A stretch of 64,000 nt of DNA. Origin: Hemiscyllium ocellatum. Taxonomy: Eukaryota. The stretch spans positions 39,680,001 to 39,744,000 of the forward strand of contig NC_083413.1 of the NCBI RefSeq assembly GCF_020745735.1, in the 5' to 3' direction. Shown one piece after another: positions 48,745 to 62,441 of this stretch; positions within the stretch are counted from its first letter, which is position 1, and every line of letters starts with the position of its first letter. The notes under the pieces were generated by a model. It saw nothing but the letters and a program-made list of their open reading frames with translations. It was not told the DNA's origin and searched no databases. The position numbers and the translations under genes were made by a program.

Positions 48745-49220
48745 ATGAGAATTTAAGAAAAGGAGCAGGTGTAAGCTATTTGGTCCCTTAAGTCTGCTTT
48801 ACCATTCCAAAAGGTCGTGCCTAATTGGAGTGTCGTCTCAACTTTCTTGCCTGCCCCCATAACTCTCAAATCCCTTGTAGGTCAAAATTACTTGGCTTTG
48901 AATACATTCACAGTGACACAGCCTCATAATTTATTTGGGTGCAGAATAACAAAGATTGATAATTCTCTGAGGGAAGAGATTCCTTTTCCCCTCCAACCAA
49001 ATGGGCAGCTTCTTATACTGAAACTCTACTCCTCACCCTGCCTGTTCCAGATTTTCATAATAAGGAAACATCCTCTCAGCATCTCTCCTGACATGTTCCC
49101 TTCAAAATATGTTTCAATAAATTAACATCTCATCTCCCTAACCTCCAATGAATACTACTCAGCCTTCCACCATATGACACCTTATTCATTCCTGGGACCA
49201 GCCAAATAAGCCTTCCTTGA
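48745..49220 (-). mobile_element. CR1 3' fragment
   Basis: aggagcaggtgtaagctatttggtccct..., CR1 3' UTR in reverse. Confidence 0.55.
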
Positions 49221-49659
49221 ATGAAAACAAACTTTTAGTAAACAGCACCAGTTGATCAACTATTCTGATTGGTGATGTGGACCGCTTGACCAATGTGAAA
49301 TGCTCTCTAAATAATAGAAATGTAAAGCAGCGGTATACACATCACTGTTATACTTTATTTACAGCATAAACCATTTAAACAATAATGCAACGTTGCCTTC
49401 AATAAACCTTATCAGCAGAGAGCCTTCTCACTTGCAGCCTCAGCTGACTACTTGGCAATCATGGAGATCACAATAATACAGTAAACTTTTGACATTTCAG
49501 GTATACAATTTTTGCCAGTTTATGAGAGTGCCTGTTAAAACAAAGTTTTTGTATCTCAAATGCAAGCGTTTGCCTCTTTCATAAGATACAAAAATCTAGG
49601 TATGGTCTCACCAAAGTTCTGTGTAGGTAATCCATCTCTGTCTTCAAGAGGTATTCATG

Positions 49660-51090
49660 TTCACAGATACCAGTGTTCAGCCAATTTGATTCACTCCACG
49701 TGGTATCAAGAAATGGTTGGAGGAACTGGATACTGCAAAATCTTTGGGCCCTGACAACATTCCAGCAACAATTCTGAAGGGACATGCTCTAGAAATTGCT
49801 GCACGCCTAGCCAAGCTGTTCCAGTCCTGTTATAACATTGGTATCTGCCTGATACTAGGGAAAATGGCCCAGGTATGTGCTATACACACAAGACAAATCC
49901 AACCCAGGCAATTACTGCACCATGTGTCTATCTTTGACCATCAGTAAAGTGATGAAAGGTGTCATTAACCTTACTATAAAGCAGTACCTGCTCAGTGACA
50001 TCCAATTTGTCTTCTGCCAGCGCCACTCAGATCCTGACCTCATTACAGCCTTGGTTCAAACATGGACAAAAGAGCTGAGTTCCAGAGGTGCGATGAGAGT
50101 GATATTAAAGTCAGAATTGACCAACTGTGGCACCAAGGAGCTTCAGTAAAACTGGGATGGAGGTGGATGAACTCTTCACTAGTTGAAGTGGTACTGGCAC
50201 GTAGGAAGATGGTTGTGGTTATTGGAGGTCAATCACCTCAGCTTCAGGCCATCTCTGCAGGAGTTCCTCAGTCCTAGGCCCAATCATCTTCTGCTGCAGC
50301 TTCATTACTGATCTTTCCTCCATTATAAGATCAGAAATGGGAATGTTTGTGCAGTCATTAGCAATATTCAGCACTGTTTTTGATTTCTCTAAAGCAGTCC
50401 ATGTTCAAATACAGTGAGACCTGGTGAATATCTGGATTTGAGCTAAAAATGGCAAGTAACATTTCTGCTTCACAACTGAGGCAATGGCCATCCCCAGCAG
50501 GAGAGAATCTGCTCAGACCATACAAAAACTGTGGCAACAAGAGGAGGTCAGAGATGAGACTGCAATGAGTAACTTCCCTCCTGATTCCCACAAGGCACAA
50601 ATCAGGCATGTAGTGGAATACTCCCTATTTGCCTAGATGAGTCCAGCTTCAACCACACTCAAGAAGCTTGATACCATCCAGAGCAAAGCAGTCCTATTGA
50701 TTGGCAGCACATTCACAAGCATCTCCTCCCTCTACCGCCTATGTTCAGTACAATATGTACTATTTAGAAGATGTGCTCCAGAAATTGACCAAGTTTGCTT
50801 AGACAGCACTTTAAAAAACCCGTAACCACTCCTCCAAAAGCACAGGGTCAGGCAGCAGGTACATGGGAACACTTCTACCTGCAAGTTCTGCTCTGAGCCA
50901 ACCATAATCCTGACATGGAAATACACCTCTGTTCCTTCAGTGTTACTGAGTCTTGGAATTGCCTCCTTAATGGCATTGTGGGTCTTCCTACAGCAGAAGG
51001 TTCAAGTAGGCCACCACCTTCTGCTGGAGGACAAGTAAAAATGGGCAGTATGTACTGGCCCAGCCAGTCATACCCACATCCTATGAAGGA
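49660..51090 (+). mobile_element. Old CR1-clade LINE RT fragment
   Basis: GPDNIPA, QF.FCQ.HS.PDLITALVQTW, AGVPQ, TTLKKLDTIQSKA. Confidence 0.7.
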
Positions 51091-51216
51091 ACTTAAAAGA
51101 AGACTTCCCTATTGTTATGTATAATGCATCTTGCAATATTCCATTTGTCTTCCTAGTTACCTGCTGTAATCCTGCATGTTACTATTTTTAACAAAAGTAG
51201 AAAGTACTGCAGAAAT

Positions 51217-52593
51217 CTAACGTGGTGCCACTGTTTAAGAAAGGTGGTAAGGACAAGCCAGGGAACTATAGACCAGTGAGCTTGGCGTCAGTGGTGGGCA
51301 AGTTGTTGGAGGGAATCCTGAGGGACAGATTAGGGATAGTCAGCGTGGCTTTGTGCATAGGAAATCATGTCTCACAAACTTGATTGAGTTTTCTGAAGAA
51401 ACAACAAAGAAGGTTGATGAGGGCAGAGCGGTGGATGTGATCTGTATGGACTTCAGTAAGACATTCGACAAGGTTCCCCATGGGAGACTGGTTAGCAAGG
51501 TTAGATCTCATGGAATACAGGGAGAGCTAGCCATTTGGATACAGAACTGGCTCAAAGGTAGAAGACAGAGGGTGGTGATGGAGGGTTGTTTTTTCAAATT
51601 GGAGGCCTGTGACCAGTGGAATGCCACAAGGTTTGGTGCTGGGTCCACTAATTTTCATCATTTTTATATAAATGATTTGGATGTGAGCACAAGAGGTATA
51701 GTTTGCAGATGATAGCAAAATTGGAGGTGTAGTGGACAGTGAAGAAGGTTACAACAGGATCTTGATCAGATGGGCATATGGGCTGAGGAGTGGCAGATGG
51801 AGTTTAATTTAGATAAATGTGACATGCTGCATTTTGAGACAACAAATCTTAGCAGGACTTATGCACTTAATTGTAAGGTCCTCAGGAGTGTTGCTGAGCA
51901 AAGAGTCCTTGGAGGGTTCATAGCTCCTTGAAAGTGGAGTCGCAGGTAGATAGGATAGTAAAGGCGGCATTTGGTATGCTTTCCTTTATTGGTCAGAGTA
52001 TTGAGTACAGGAATTGGGAGGTCATGTTGTGGCTGTACAGGACATTAGTTAAGTCACTGCTGGAATATTGCGTGCAATTCTGGTCTCCTTCCTATCCGAA
52101 AGATGTTGTGAAACTTGAAATAGTTCATAAATGATTTACAATGGTTGGAGGATTTGAGCTATAGGGAGAGGTTGAATAGGCTAGGTCTGCTTTCCCTGGA
52201 GCATCGGAGGCTGAGGAGTGACCTTATAGAGGTTTATAAAATCATGAGGGGCATGGATAGGATAAATAGATAAAGCATTTTCTATTTTGGGGACCAGAAC
52301 TAGAAGGCATAGGTTTCGTGTGAGAGGGGAAAGATATAAAAGAGACCTAAGGGACAATGTTTTCATGCAGAGGGTGGTACATGTATGGATGAGCTGCCAG
52401 AGGATGTGGTGGAGGCTGGTACAATTGCAACATTTAATAGGCATTTGGATGGTTATATGAATAGGAAGGGTTTGGAGGGATATGGGCTGGGTCCTGGCAG
52501 GTGGGACTAGATTGGGTTGAGGTATCTGGTTGGCATGACTGGGTTGGACTGAAGGGTCTGTTTCTGTGCTGTACATCTCTGTGACTCTATGAC
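51217..52593 (+). mobile_element. CR1 LINE ORF2 3' portion
   Basis: SCLTNLIEF, DFSKTFDKVPH, LEYCVQFWSP. Tail gactctatgact. Confidence 0.9.
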
Positions 52594-54473
52594 TGTAAAC
52601 GCATCAGGTCTGGCTTCATCTGTGATGAGGAAAACAGTGAATGGTTTTGAGTCCAGTGATCCGTTGTTCTGAGCTCTTCCAGCGCTTTTTAATTTTGCTT
52701 CAGATCTCGAGCATCCACAGTTTTGTTTTATTGACATTTAACTTTTTTGTGATTCAAAAATGAGGATACCCAGATCTCCCTACTACAGTAACTGTAGTCT
52801 TACTCCATTTAAATAATAACCTGCTCTTATTTCATACCAAACTGGATAACCTCTCAATGATCTCCTCATCTGACATCTGTCTGCCAGTTAAAGATCGCTG
52901 CAAAGTATTTGAAAAAAATGAGAATAATCAGATCCCAAACCAACATTTGTGTTTGGTCAAGCAAAACTGTTTATAAGATGTCATTTAATCATCTGTGATT
53001 TCTCGTAGGAAGTTGATTGCACAAAATGGCACCCATGTTTGTTCATAAACTATGCTTAAAATTTTTAAGCGACATTAAATAAATTAATTAAGAATTATCC
53101 AGTACCTGATATTAATTCATTGCCCCAAGTTGCTGCACAATTAATTCATTAATTGCTTTAAAATTCTATTGCTCTTATATTGCCAAAGATAGTAACAGCT
53201 AACAGTATATTTGTGATTTTGTTTAGAGTAACCAATTGTTACTGATAGAAAAGTCTGATTATGACAGGAATTCAGCATTTGAATTTTGCCATACAAGTTT
53301 GTATTATTAATGTTATTGATATTTGTTACTGCCACTGTTATCATGGATATCATTTCCAGGAAGTTTCATATCGTGAGAGAGTTCGTAAATATAATAAAAT
53401 TATGATTGTGTTTTTTATCATCATGTATAAATAAAATCACCGTGCCCTTTGGCAAGATAGAGTTGCACTCAGACCTCTTACTTTGTCCTTTACCAGGATA
53501 TCCTGGAACACACCCATACAATTTTAAGTTCTATGTAGCTTGACATGTTTAATGATTTAATGTTTAGTGTCTTCTGGCTGACCACATTGGCTGGCTCCTT
53601 ATTCAATCCTTATGAATACAGGAGAAGACATTTTTCGGGCAAAATCTGATTAAAATTTGAGTGGTCATGACATGAACTCATATCTGTAGAAAACTTGAGG
53701 TCATCATTGGCAAAGAATATATAAAATTAGAAAAGTGATTTTGTGGATGAAAGACTGTGTGGGAGAACTGGATTGCAGTTCTTGAGGCAGTAGAAGTAGT
53801 ACTGGGGAAAGTGAATTCTGTGTGGTTGGACGGTCCATTCATGAATTGTGTTTGGAAAGTGGGGAAGAGAAGGGATGAAGCTTAGTTAAAAGTAACAAGT
53901 AAAGGGATAGAGTCAAGGCAGGAGAGCAAAATACTAATGTGGAAAATGAAGATCAGATAATAGCAGGAAGAGACAGAGAGCCTACAACTTACCATCAATC
54001 AAAACTAGATGCTACAAAAATAACAAAACTGAAGGCCCTATATCTGAATGTCCGTATCATTCAATAACAAAGTGAATAAGTTGATGGCACACATTGAAGT
54101 GAGTAAATATGATCTGATAACCATTATGGATTTGTGGCTGCAGAATAGCAGGGACTGAATTTTGTAGATTGAGGGTATTTGATATTGACATATTATTGAA
54201 GCAGCTCTGCTCCTAATCAAACATTGGGATGTAGAATCAGTTTAGGGGGAGGTGAGGAATAGCAGGGGTGGAGGTCTCTAGTGGAAGTAATCTATAGGCA
54301 CCCAAATAGTAAGCACAAGGACAAAGGAGCTTGTGGTAAAGTGATGGCAATAATCATGAGTGACATTAAACTGCACATAAAAGGCAAAAATCAGATGGGA
54401 ACTAATAGCCTCAATGAGGAGTTTCTAGAATGCTTTTGAGATTGTACTGCTTTAAAAAAAATCTTTCTAGAAC

Positions 54474-54628
54474 TTCGCTGTTGGCCATAGAAACATCTGT
54501 CTGTACGTCGGACTAGAGAATCCCCTAACACGATTGATCTCTTGGAACCCAACATACCCCTCATTGCATTAGAGCCAGTCTCAATACCAGAAACTTGGCT
54601 GTTCGTGCTACGTTCCCCTGAGAATCCG
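54474..54628 (-). mobile_element. Inverted CR1 ORF1 (esterase) fragment fused to the 5' end of the next CR1 copy
   Basis: Matches 61935-62045 joined to 62442-62490. Encodes IVLGDSLVR on the minus strand. Confidence 0.8.
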
Positions 54629-56137
54629 AGTGTACTCTAGAACTCTGGTAAGCTAGAGAAATGATTGCTGGGCCTTCTGCTGAGGTATTTGTATCATCGA
54701 TAGTAACAGGTAAGGTGCAGGAAGACTGGAAGTTGGCTAACATGGTGCCACTGTTTAAGAAGGGTGGTAAGGACAAGCCAGGGAACTATAGAACAGTGAG
54801 CCTGACGTCGGTGGTGGGTAAGTTGCTGGAGGGAATCCTGAGGGACAGGATGTACATGTATTTGGAAAGGCAAGGACTGATTAGGGATAGTCAACATAGC
54901 TTTGTGCATGGGAAATCATGTCTCACAAACTTGATTGAGTTTTTTGAAGAAGTAACAAAGAGGATTGATGAGGGCAGAGCAGTAGATGTGATCGATATGG
55001 ACTTCAGTAAGGTGTCTGACAAGGTTCCCCATGGGAGACTGGTTAGCAAGGTTTGATCTCATGGAATACAGGGAGAAGTAGCCATTTGGATACAGAACTG
55101 GCTCAAAGGTAGAAGACAGAGGGTGGTGGTGGAGGGTGGTTTTCAGACTGGAGGCTTGTGACCAGTGGAGTGCCACAAGGATCGGTGCTGGGTCCATTAC
55201 TTTTTGTCACTTATATAAATGATTTGGATCCGAGCATAAGAGGTACAGTTAGTAAGTTTGTTGATGACAGCAAAATTGGAGGTGTAGTGGACAGCGAAGA
55301 AGGTTACCTCAGATTATAACAGGATCTTGACCAGATGGGCCAATGGGCTGAGAAGTGGCAGATGGAGTTTAATTCAGATAAATGCGAGGTGCTGCATTTT
55401 GGGAAAGCAAATCTTAGCAGGACTTATACACTTAATGGTAAGTTCATAGGGAGTGTTGCTTCATAGCTCCTTGAAAGTGGAGTCGCAGGTAGATAGGATA
55501 GTGAAGAAGGCATTTGGTATGCTTTCCTTTATTGGTCAGAGTATTGAGTACAGGAGTTGGGACATCATGTTGCGGCTGTACAGGACATTGGTTAGGCCAT
55601 TTTTGGAATATTGTGTGCAATTCTGGTCTCCTTCCTATCGGAAGGATGTGGTGAAATTTGAAAGGGTTCGGAAAAGACTTATAAGGATGTTGCCAGGGTT
55701 GGAGGATTTGAGCTATATGGAGAGGCTCAACAGGCTGGGGCTGTTTTCCCTGGAGCGTCGGAGGCTGAGGAGTGACCTTTGTAGAGGTTTACAAAATTGA
55801 AGGGCATGGATAGAGTAAATAGACAAAGTCTTTTCCCTGGGGTCGCGGAATCCAGAATGAGAGGGCAAAGTTTTAGCGTGAGAGGGGGAAGATATAAAAG
55901 AGACCTAAGGGGCACTTTTCACACAGAGGCTCATGGAATGAGCTGTCAGAGGAAGTGGTGGAGGCTGGTACAATTGCAACATTTAAAAGGCATTTGAATG
56001 GGGATATGAATAGGAAGGGTTTGGAGGGATATGGGCCAGGTGTTGGCAGGTGGGACTAGATTGGGTTGGGATATCTGGTTGGCATGGACGGGTTGGACCG
56101 AAGGGCCTGTTTCTATGCTGTACATCTCTATGACTCT
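54629..56137 (+). mobile_element. CR1 LINE ORF2 3' portion
   Basis: ORFs 54661-55056 and 55453-55800 with RT motifs. Tail ctctatgactct. Confidence 0.92.
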
Positions 56138-57159
56138 GTGATCTAACCAGAGAGAAGGTTATACTGTGCTTGGTATTGTGTAATGTGGCAAGATTAATTA
56201 ATTACCTCACAGCTAAGGCATCCTTAGTTAGGAATGAACTCAGTATGATTGAATTTTACCTCCAGTTTGAGAAAGAGAACATCAGGTTTGGGAATAGCAT
56301 TTTAACCTTAAATAAGGACAACTATGTCGGCATGAAATCTGAGTCAGCTGAAGGCTAGGGGATAGATCAATAGAGATACACTTGCAGACATTTAAGGGGA
56401 CATTTCAGAATGTTTTTAAAAATACTACTCAAAAAAAAATTGTAAAGGGTGGATTCACCATCTATTGCTGAATAAGGAATTAAGGGAAAGGTATCAAACT
56501 TGAAGAAAAAGAGTATGATTGTGCAAACTGGGTGGCAGGTCAGATGACTGACCAAACTATAAAGAATGGCAGAGAATGACTAAAAGGTTAATCAGGAGGA
56601 GGAGATAAAGCAGATAGCAAGAGTTTCAACAAGGCAAATAGTTCTTAAAATGAGCATTGATTCTCTAAAACGTGAGACTAGAAAGTTAATCAAGAATAAT
56701 AAGGAAATGCTGGATGAAATGAACAAATGTTTTATTTCTGTTTTCAATATCAAACATACAAACAAGACACCCCAGAGATCGCTATAATTTAGGAAGTGGA
56801 AGGGAGAAAAGAACTTAGTGACATTACAATCATGAGGGAAGTGGCACTCAGCAAACAGCTGGCTGACAAGCCTGTGGGTTCAGAAGGACTTTGTTTTAGA
56901 GTCTTAAAAGTAGTCGCTAATGAGTTAGTAGATACATTGTTGTTTTGGTGTCTGAAGTTTCTAGCATCAGGAAAGGTTCCAGCAGATTGGAAAATGTGAA
57001 ATATAACTACTTTATTCAAGAAGGGAAGGAGCTAGAAAACAGGAAACAAATCCAGTTAGCTTGGTGTCTGTGTGGGGAAAATGTAAAAAATAGATCATTA
57101 AAGAGATTACAGCTGGGCACTTAGAAAAACTCAGCATGGTTTTATGGGAGTATAAGCAA

Positions 57160-57985
57160 CACAGGAACATAGGAATTAGGAGCAAGAGTAAGCAATTCAT
57201 CCCTTTCAGCCCACTCCACCATTTTCAACGATTGTGGCCAATCTTGTCTTGGTGTGAACTCCAATTTTCTGCCTGCTCCCCCTAGCCCTTTACCCTGCTT
57301 TTCATTAGAAACATATCTATTTCTTTCTTGAATCTGTTGATTGATTCTGGCTCCACCAGTTGGGCAGTGAGTTCCACAGATTCACAGTCCTCTGAGAGAA
57401 GTTATTTTGCAGTTTTGAACCTACCTCCTCTCACTCTATATCTTACAAGGGGAAGATTTGTTCATTGTCCACCTTATCAATCCCCTTTAGCATTTTATAC
57501 ACTTCAGTCAGATTCCACCCCCCCACCCCATTTGTGAACTCCAGCGAGTAACAAGCCCAAGGTATTTAATCACTCCACGGACGACAGCTCTTCCATTCCT
57601 GTAATCAACCTTGTGAACCTCCTCTGAACTGCCTCCGCATCCATCCTCAACTAAGGAGACCAAAACGGGACACGGTATTCCAGATATGGTCTCACCAATC
57701 CCCTATCTAAATGTAACAACACTTCTTTACTTTTGCAATCTAGTCCTTTTGTAATACATGTCAGAATTCCATTTGCCTTTCTTATTATGTGTTGCACGTG
57801 CATAGAGTCAGAGTCATAGAGATGTACAGCATGGAACTCACTTTCTGTGATTCATGCACAAAGCCACCCATATCCCTCTGTGTAGATGCATTTTGTATCT
57901 GTTTCCCATTTGAGTAATAACTTGCCCTTTTATTTTTCCGGCCAAAATGGACAATGTCGCCCTTATCCACATTCAGCCCCATTGA
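57160..57985 (-). mobile_element. Decayed CR1 3' portion
   Basis: CR1 3' UTR in reverse (aacataggaattaggagcaagagta...) and HFGRKN motif in ORF 57785-57997. Confidence 0.65.
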
Positions 57986-60900
57986 ACTTTGTGGCACCCA
58001 AAAAATGACTCATTTATCTCAACCCTCTGCATTCTGTCATTTTAATGAAATGAAAATGATATTTGACCAATTTATTGGAATCTCCTTAAAGAGTAGCATA
58101 TGTTATAGACACACTGTACTTAGATAAGATAGGGTGCCACATGAAATTGCAGTAAATGGGGATGACATTATTAGCATGAATAGATGTTTGGCTGGCTGGC
58201 AGGAAACAGAGTATGCAGAATTGGGTTTCTGACTGATTGGCAGGATGTGACAAGTGAAGACCTGAAGTCTTTGATGTAAATTGTAAAAAGTTATTGGCCT
58301 AGCAAAGACTTAAATGAGGGGAATGAAGGTAAGATGGCTAAACTGGCAGATAACAAGGTAGGTTGGAAAGAATGTTGTGAAGATAACATCCGGTCTCAAT
58401 ATCAGTCTTCATTCTTGTTAAGTGAGAAGGCAAAGATCTGCCAAATGGAGTAAAATATGGGAAAATTTGAAGTTAAAATCATAGATATGTACAGCACAGA
58501 AACACCCTTTGGACCAACTCGTCCATGCTGATCAGTTATCCTAGCCAATCTACTCTCAACTACCAGCACCAGGCCCATATCCCTCCAAACCCTTCCTATT
58601 CATATACCCATCCAGATACCTTTTTAAATGTTGTAATTGTACTGTCTCCACCACTTCCTCTGGCAGCTCATTCCATACACGTACCACCCTCTGCATGAAA
58701 AGGTTGCCCTGTAGGTCTCTTTTATATCTTTTCCCTCTCACCTGAAACCTATGACCTCCAGTTCTGGATTCCCCCCACCCCAGGAAAAAGATTTCATCAA
58801 TTTATCCTATCCATGCCCCTCATGATTTTATAAACCTCTGTAAGGTCACCCCTCAGCCTCTGATGCCCCACGGAAAACTGCCCTCGCCTATTTAACCTTT
58901 CCATATAGCTCAAGTCCTCCAACCCTGGCAACATCCTTGTAAATCTTTTCTGAACCCTTTCAAGTTTTACCACATCCTTCTGATAGGAAGGAGACCAGAA
59001 TTGCACACAACGTTCCAAAAGTGGCCTAACCAATGTCCTGTCTAGCCGCAACATGACCTCCCAACTCCTGTACTCAATACTCTGACCAATAAAGGAAAGC
59101 ATACCAAATGCCCTCTTCACTATCCTATCTATCTGCGACTCCACTTTCAATGAATTATGAACCTGCACTCCAAGGCCTCTTTGTTCAGCAACACTCCCTA
59201 GGACTTTACCATTAAGTGTATAAGTCCTGCTAAGATTTACTTTCCCAAAATGTAGCACCTTGCATTTATTGAAATTAAACTCAATCTGCCACTCCTCAGC
59301 CCATATGCCCATCTGATCAAGATCCCATTGTAATCTGAGGTAACCTTCTTTGCTGTCCTCTACACCTCCAATTTTGGTGTCATCAACAAACTTACTAACT
59401 ATACCTCTTATGCTGACATCCAAATCATTTATATAATTGCAAAAAGTAATGGACCCAGCACTGATCCTTGTGGCACTCCACTGGTCACAGGCCTCCAGTC
59501 TGAAATACAACCCTCCATCACCACCCTCTGTCTTCTGCCTTTGAGCCAGTTCTGTATCAAAATGCTAGTTCTTCTGGTATTCCATGAGATCTAACCTTGC
59601 AGACTAGTCTCCCTTGGGGAATCTTATCGAATGCATTACTGAAGTCCATATAGATCATGTCCAACGCTCTGCCCTCATCAGTCCTCTTTGTTACTTCTTC
59701 AAAAAACTCAGTCAAGTTTGTGAGACATGATTTCCCATGCAAAAAGCCATATTGACTACCCCTAATCACTCCTTGCCTTTCCAAATACTTGTACATCCTG
59801 TCCCTCAGGATTCCCTCCAACAACTTGCCCATCACTGACGTCAGGCTCACTAGATAGTTCCCTGGCTTGTCCTTACCACTCTTCTTAAACAGTGGCAGCA
59901 TGTTAACCAACCTCTAGTCTTCTGGCACCTCACCTGTGACCATCGACGATACAAAGATCTCAGCAACGGCCCAGCAATCACTTCCCTAGCTTCCCACAGA
60001 GTTCTAGGGTACACCTGATCAGGTCCTGGGAATTTATTCACCTTCATGCGTTTCAAGACATCCAGCATTTCCTCCTCTGTAACATGGACATCTTTCAAAT
60101 GTAACCATCTATTTCCCTACATTCTATATTTTCCATGTCCTTTTCCACAGTAAGTACTGATGCAAAATACTCGTTTAGTATCTCCCCCATCTGATGCGGC
60201 TCCACACAAAGGCTGCCTTGCTGATCTTTGAGGGGCCCTGTTCTCTCCCTAGTTACCCTGTTACCCTTTTGTTCTTAATGTATTTGTAAAAACCAATTCT
60301 CCTTAACTCTATTTGCCAAAGCTATCTCATGTGTTCTTTTTGCCCTCCTGATCTCTCTCTTAAGTATACTCCTACTACCTTTATACTCTTCTCAGGATTC
60401 ACTCGATCTAACTTGTCTATTCCTGACATATGCTTCCTTCTTTTTCTTAAGCAAATGCTCAATTCCTTTAGTCATCCAGCATTCCCTATACCTACCAGTC
60501 TTTCCTTTCATCTTAACAGGAATAAACTGTCTCTGGACACTTGTTATCTCATTTCTGAAGGCTTCCCATTTTCCAGCCATCTCTTTACCTGTGAACATCT
60601 GCCCCCAATCAGCTTTTGAAAGTTCTTATCTAATACCATCAAACTTCAGCTTTTAGATCTGGTCTATCCTTTTCCATCACGGTTTTAAAACTAAAAGAAT
60701 TGTGGTCGCTGGCCCCAAGGTTTTCCCGCACTGAGGCCTCAGTCACCTGCCCTGCCTTATTTCCCAAGAATAGGTCAAGTTTTGTACCTTCTCTAGTAGG
60801 TACTTCCACATATTGAATCAGAAATTTTCCTTGTACACATATTGAATCAGAAACTTTTCTTGTACACACTTAACAAATTCCTCTCCATCTAAACCTTAAC

Positions 60901-62045
60901 ACGATGGCAGTCCCAGTCGATGTTTGGAAAGTTGAAATCCCGTTCCATAACCACCCTAGTATTCTTACAGATAACTGGGATCTCCTCACAAATTTGTTTC
61001 ACAGTTTCCCTCTGATTATTAGGGAGGTTATAATACAATCCCAATAAGGTGATCATCCCTTTCTTATTTCTCACTTACACCCAAGTAACTTCCCTGGATG
61101 TCTTTCCGGGAATGTCCTCCCTCAGTAGAGCTGTAATGGTATCCCTTATCAAAAACACGACTCCCCCTCTTCTCTTGCCTCCCTTTCTGTCCTTCCTGTA
61201 GCATTTATATCCTGGAACATTAAGCTGCCAGTCCTGCCCATCCATTACATTTCTATAATTACAATGATATGTAATTGCTATGAATTCATCTGCCTTCCCT
61301 CTTCAGCCTTTTGCATTGAAATAAATAGTTTACTTTATCAGTGTTACCTTGTTCTCTGCTTTGTTCCTGCCAGCTCTGACTGTTTGACTCGCTTCTTTTG
61401 TCAACTGCACCAGTCTCAGATTGATCTCTTTCCTCAATATGTTCCTTGGTATCTCTCTCTCTTCCCCCCCCTCCCCCCGCCACCCCCAAATTACTAGTTT
61501 AAATCCTCCTTGTCAGTATATTAGTCTCCTTCCAATTCAGGTGCAATCCATCCTTCTTGTGCAGACCACTTCTATCCCAGAAGAAATTCCAATGATCAAA
61601 AATATGAATCCTTTTCCCAAAAACCAGCTCCTCAGCCATGCATTCATCTGGTCTATCCTCCTATTCCTGCTATCCTCCTATTCCTGCTATTTTCCTCATC
61701 CTACTCTCACTAGCCCATAGCACCAGGCGTAATCTAGATATTACTACCCTAGAGGACCACCTTTTTAAATTCCTGTTCAACTTTATATATTCTTCCTTCA
61801 GAATCTCAGCTTTTTCCCTTCCTATGTGTACAATGACCTCCTGCTGGTCCCTGTCACCCTTGAGAACATTCTGCATCCTCTCTCAGACATCCCAGATCTT
61901 GGCACCAGGGAGGCAACACACCATTCTGATTGTTTTGCTGGTGGCTACAGAAACGTCTGTCTACGCTTCGGACTAGAGAGTCCCCTAACACAATTGATCT
62001 CTTGGAACCCGACATACATGGCATTACAGCAAGTCTCGATACCAG

Positions 62046-62441
62046 GTAGGACAAACAGGAAGACAGCTAACGATTCGTATCCACGAACACCAACTAGCCA
62101 CGAAATGACACGACCAGCTATCCTTAGTAGCCACACACACGGATGACAAGCAACATGAGTTCGACTGGGACAAGCCAAACTGAGAACAGCAGATGAGGCA
62201 TGGCACTCATCCACAGATTCTATCAACAAACACATCAACCTGGACCCAATATACCGGCCACTGCAGCAGACAGCTGGTGGAACGGACAACCGGAAGCGGC
62301 AGAGACAAACCACTATCAATGCCAGAGGAAACATCACCGAAGCGCTTCACAGGAGGCTCCCAGGCACTGAGGATGTCACCTAGACAGGGACGAAACATCT
62401 GCAACACACAAATTCCCAGCTCGGCAAACAGAACCACAACA
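62046..62441 (+). mobile_element. PLE 3' fragment (GIY-YIG C-terminus plus pseudo-LTR) inserted in CR1 ORF1
   Basis: VGQTGRQLTIRIHEHQLA...HEFDWD. TSD tc(g/a)ataccag at ~62036-62045 and 62442-62451. Confidence 0.82.
62364..62402 (+). ncRNA. Hammerhead ribozyme motif (longer stem II variant)
   Basis: gca-CTGAGGA(62367-62373)-tgtcacc-tagaca-gggac-GAAAC(62392-62396)-ATC-tgc. Stem I gca/tgc. Confidence 0.68.

Noticed and set aside
49420-49530. AG/GT-bounded segments as TMEM44 exon 2 (also near 53497)
   Set aside because: Translations do not resemble the expected TMEM44 continuation (LLYLRC...QLTIQ).
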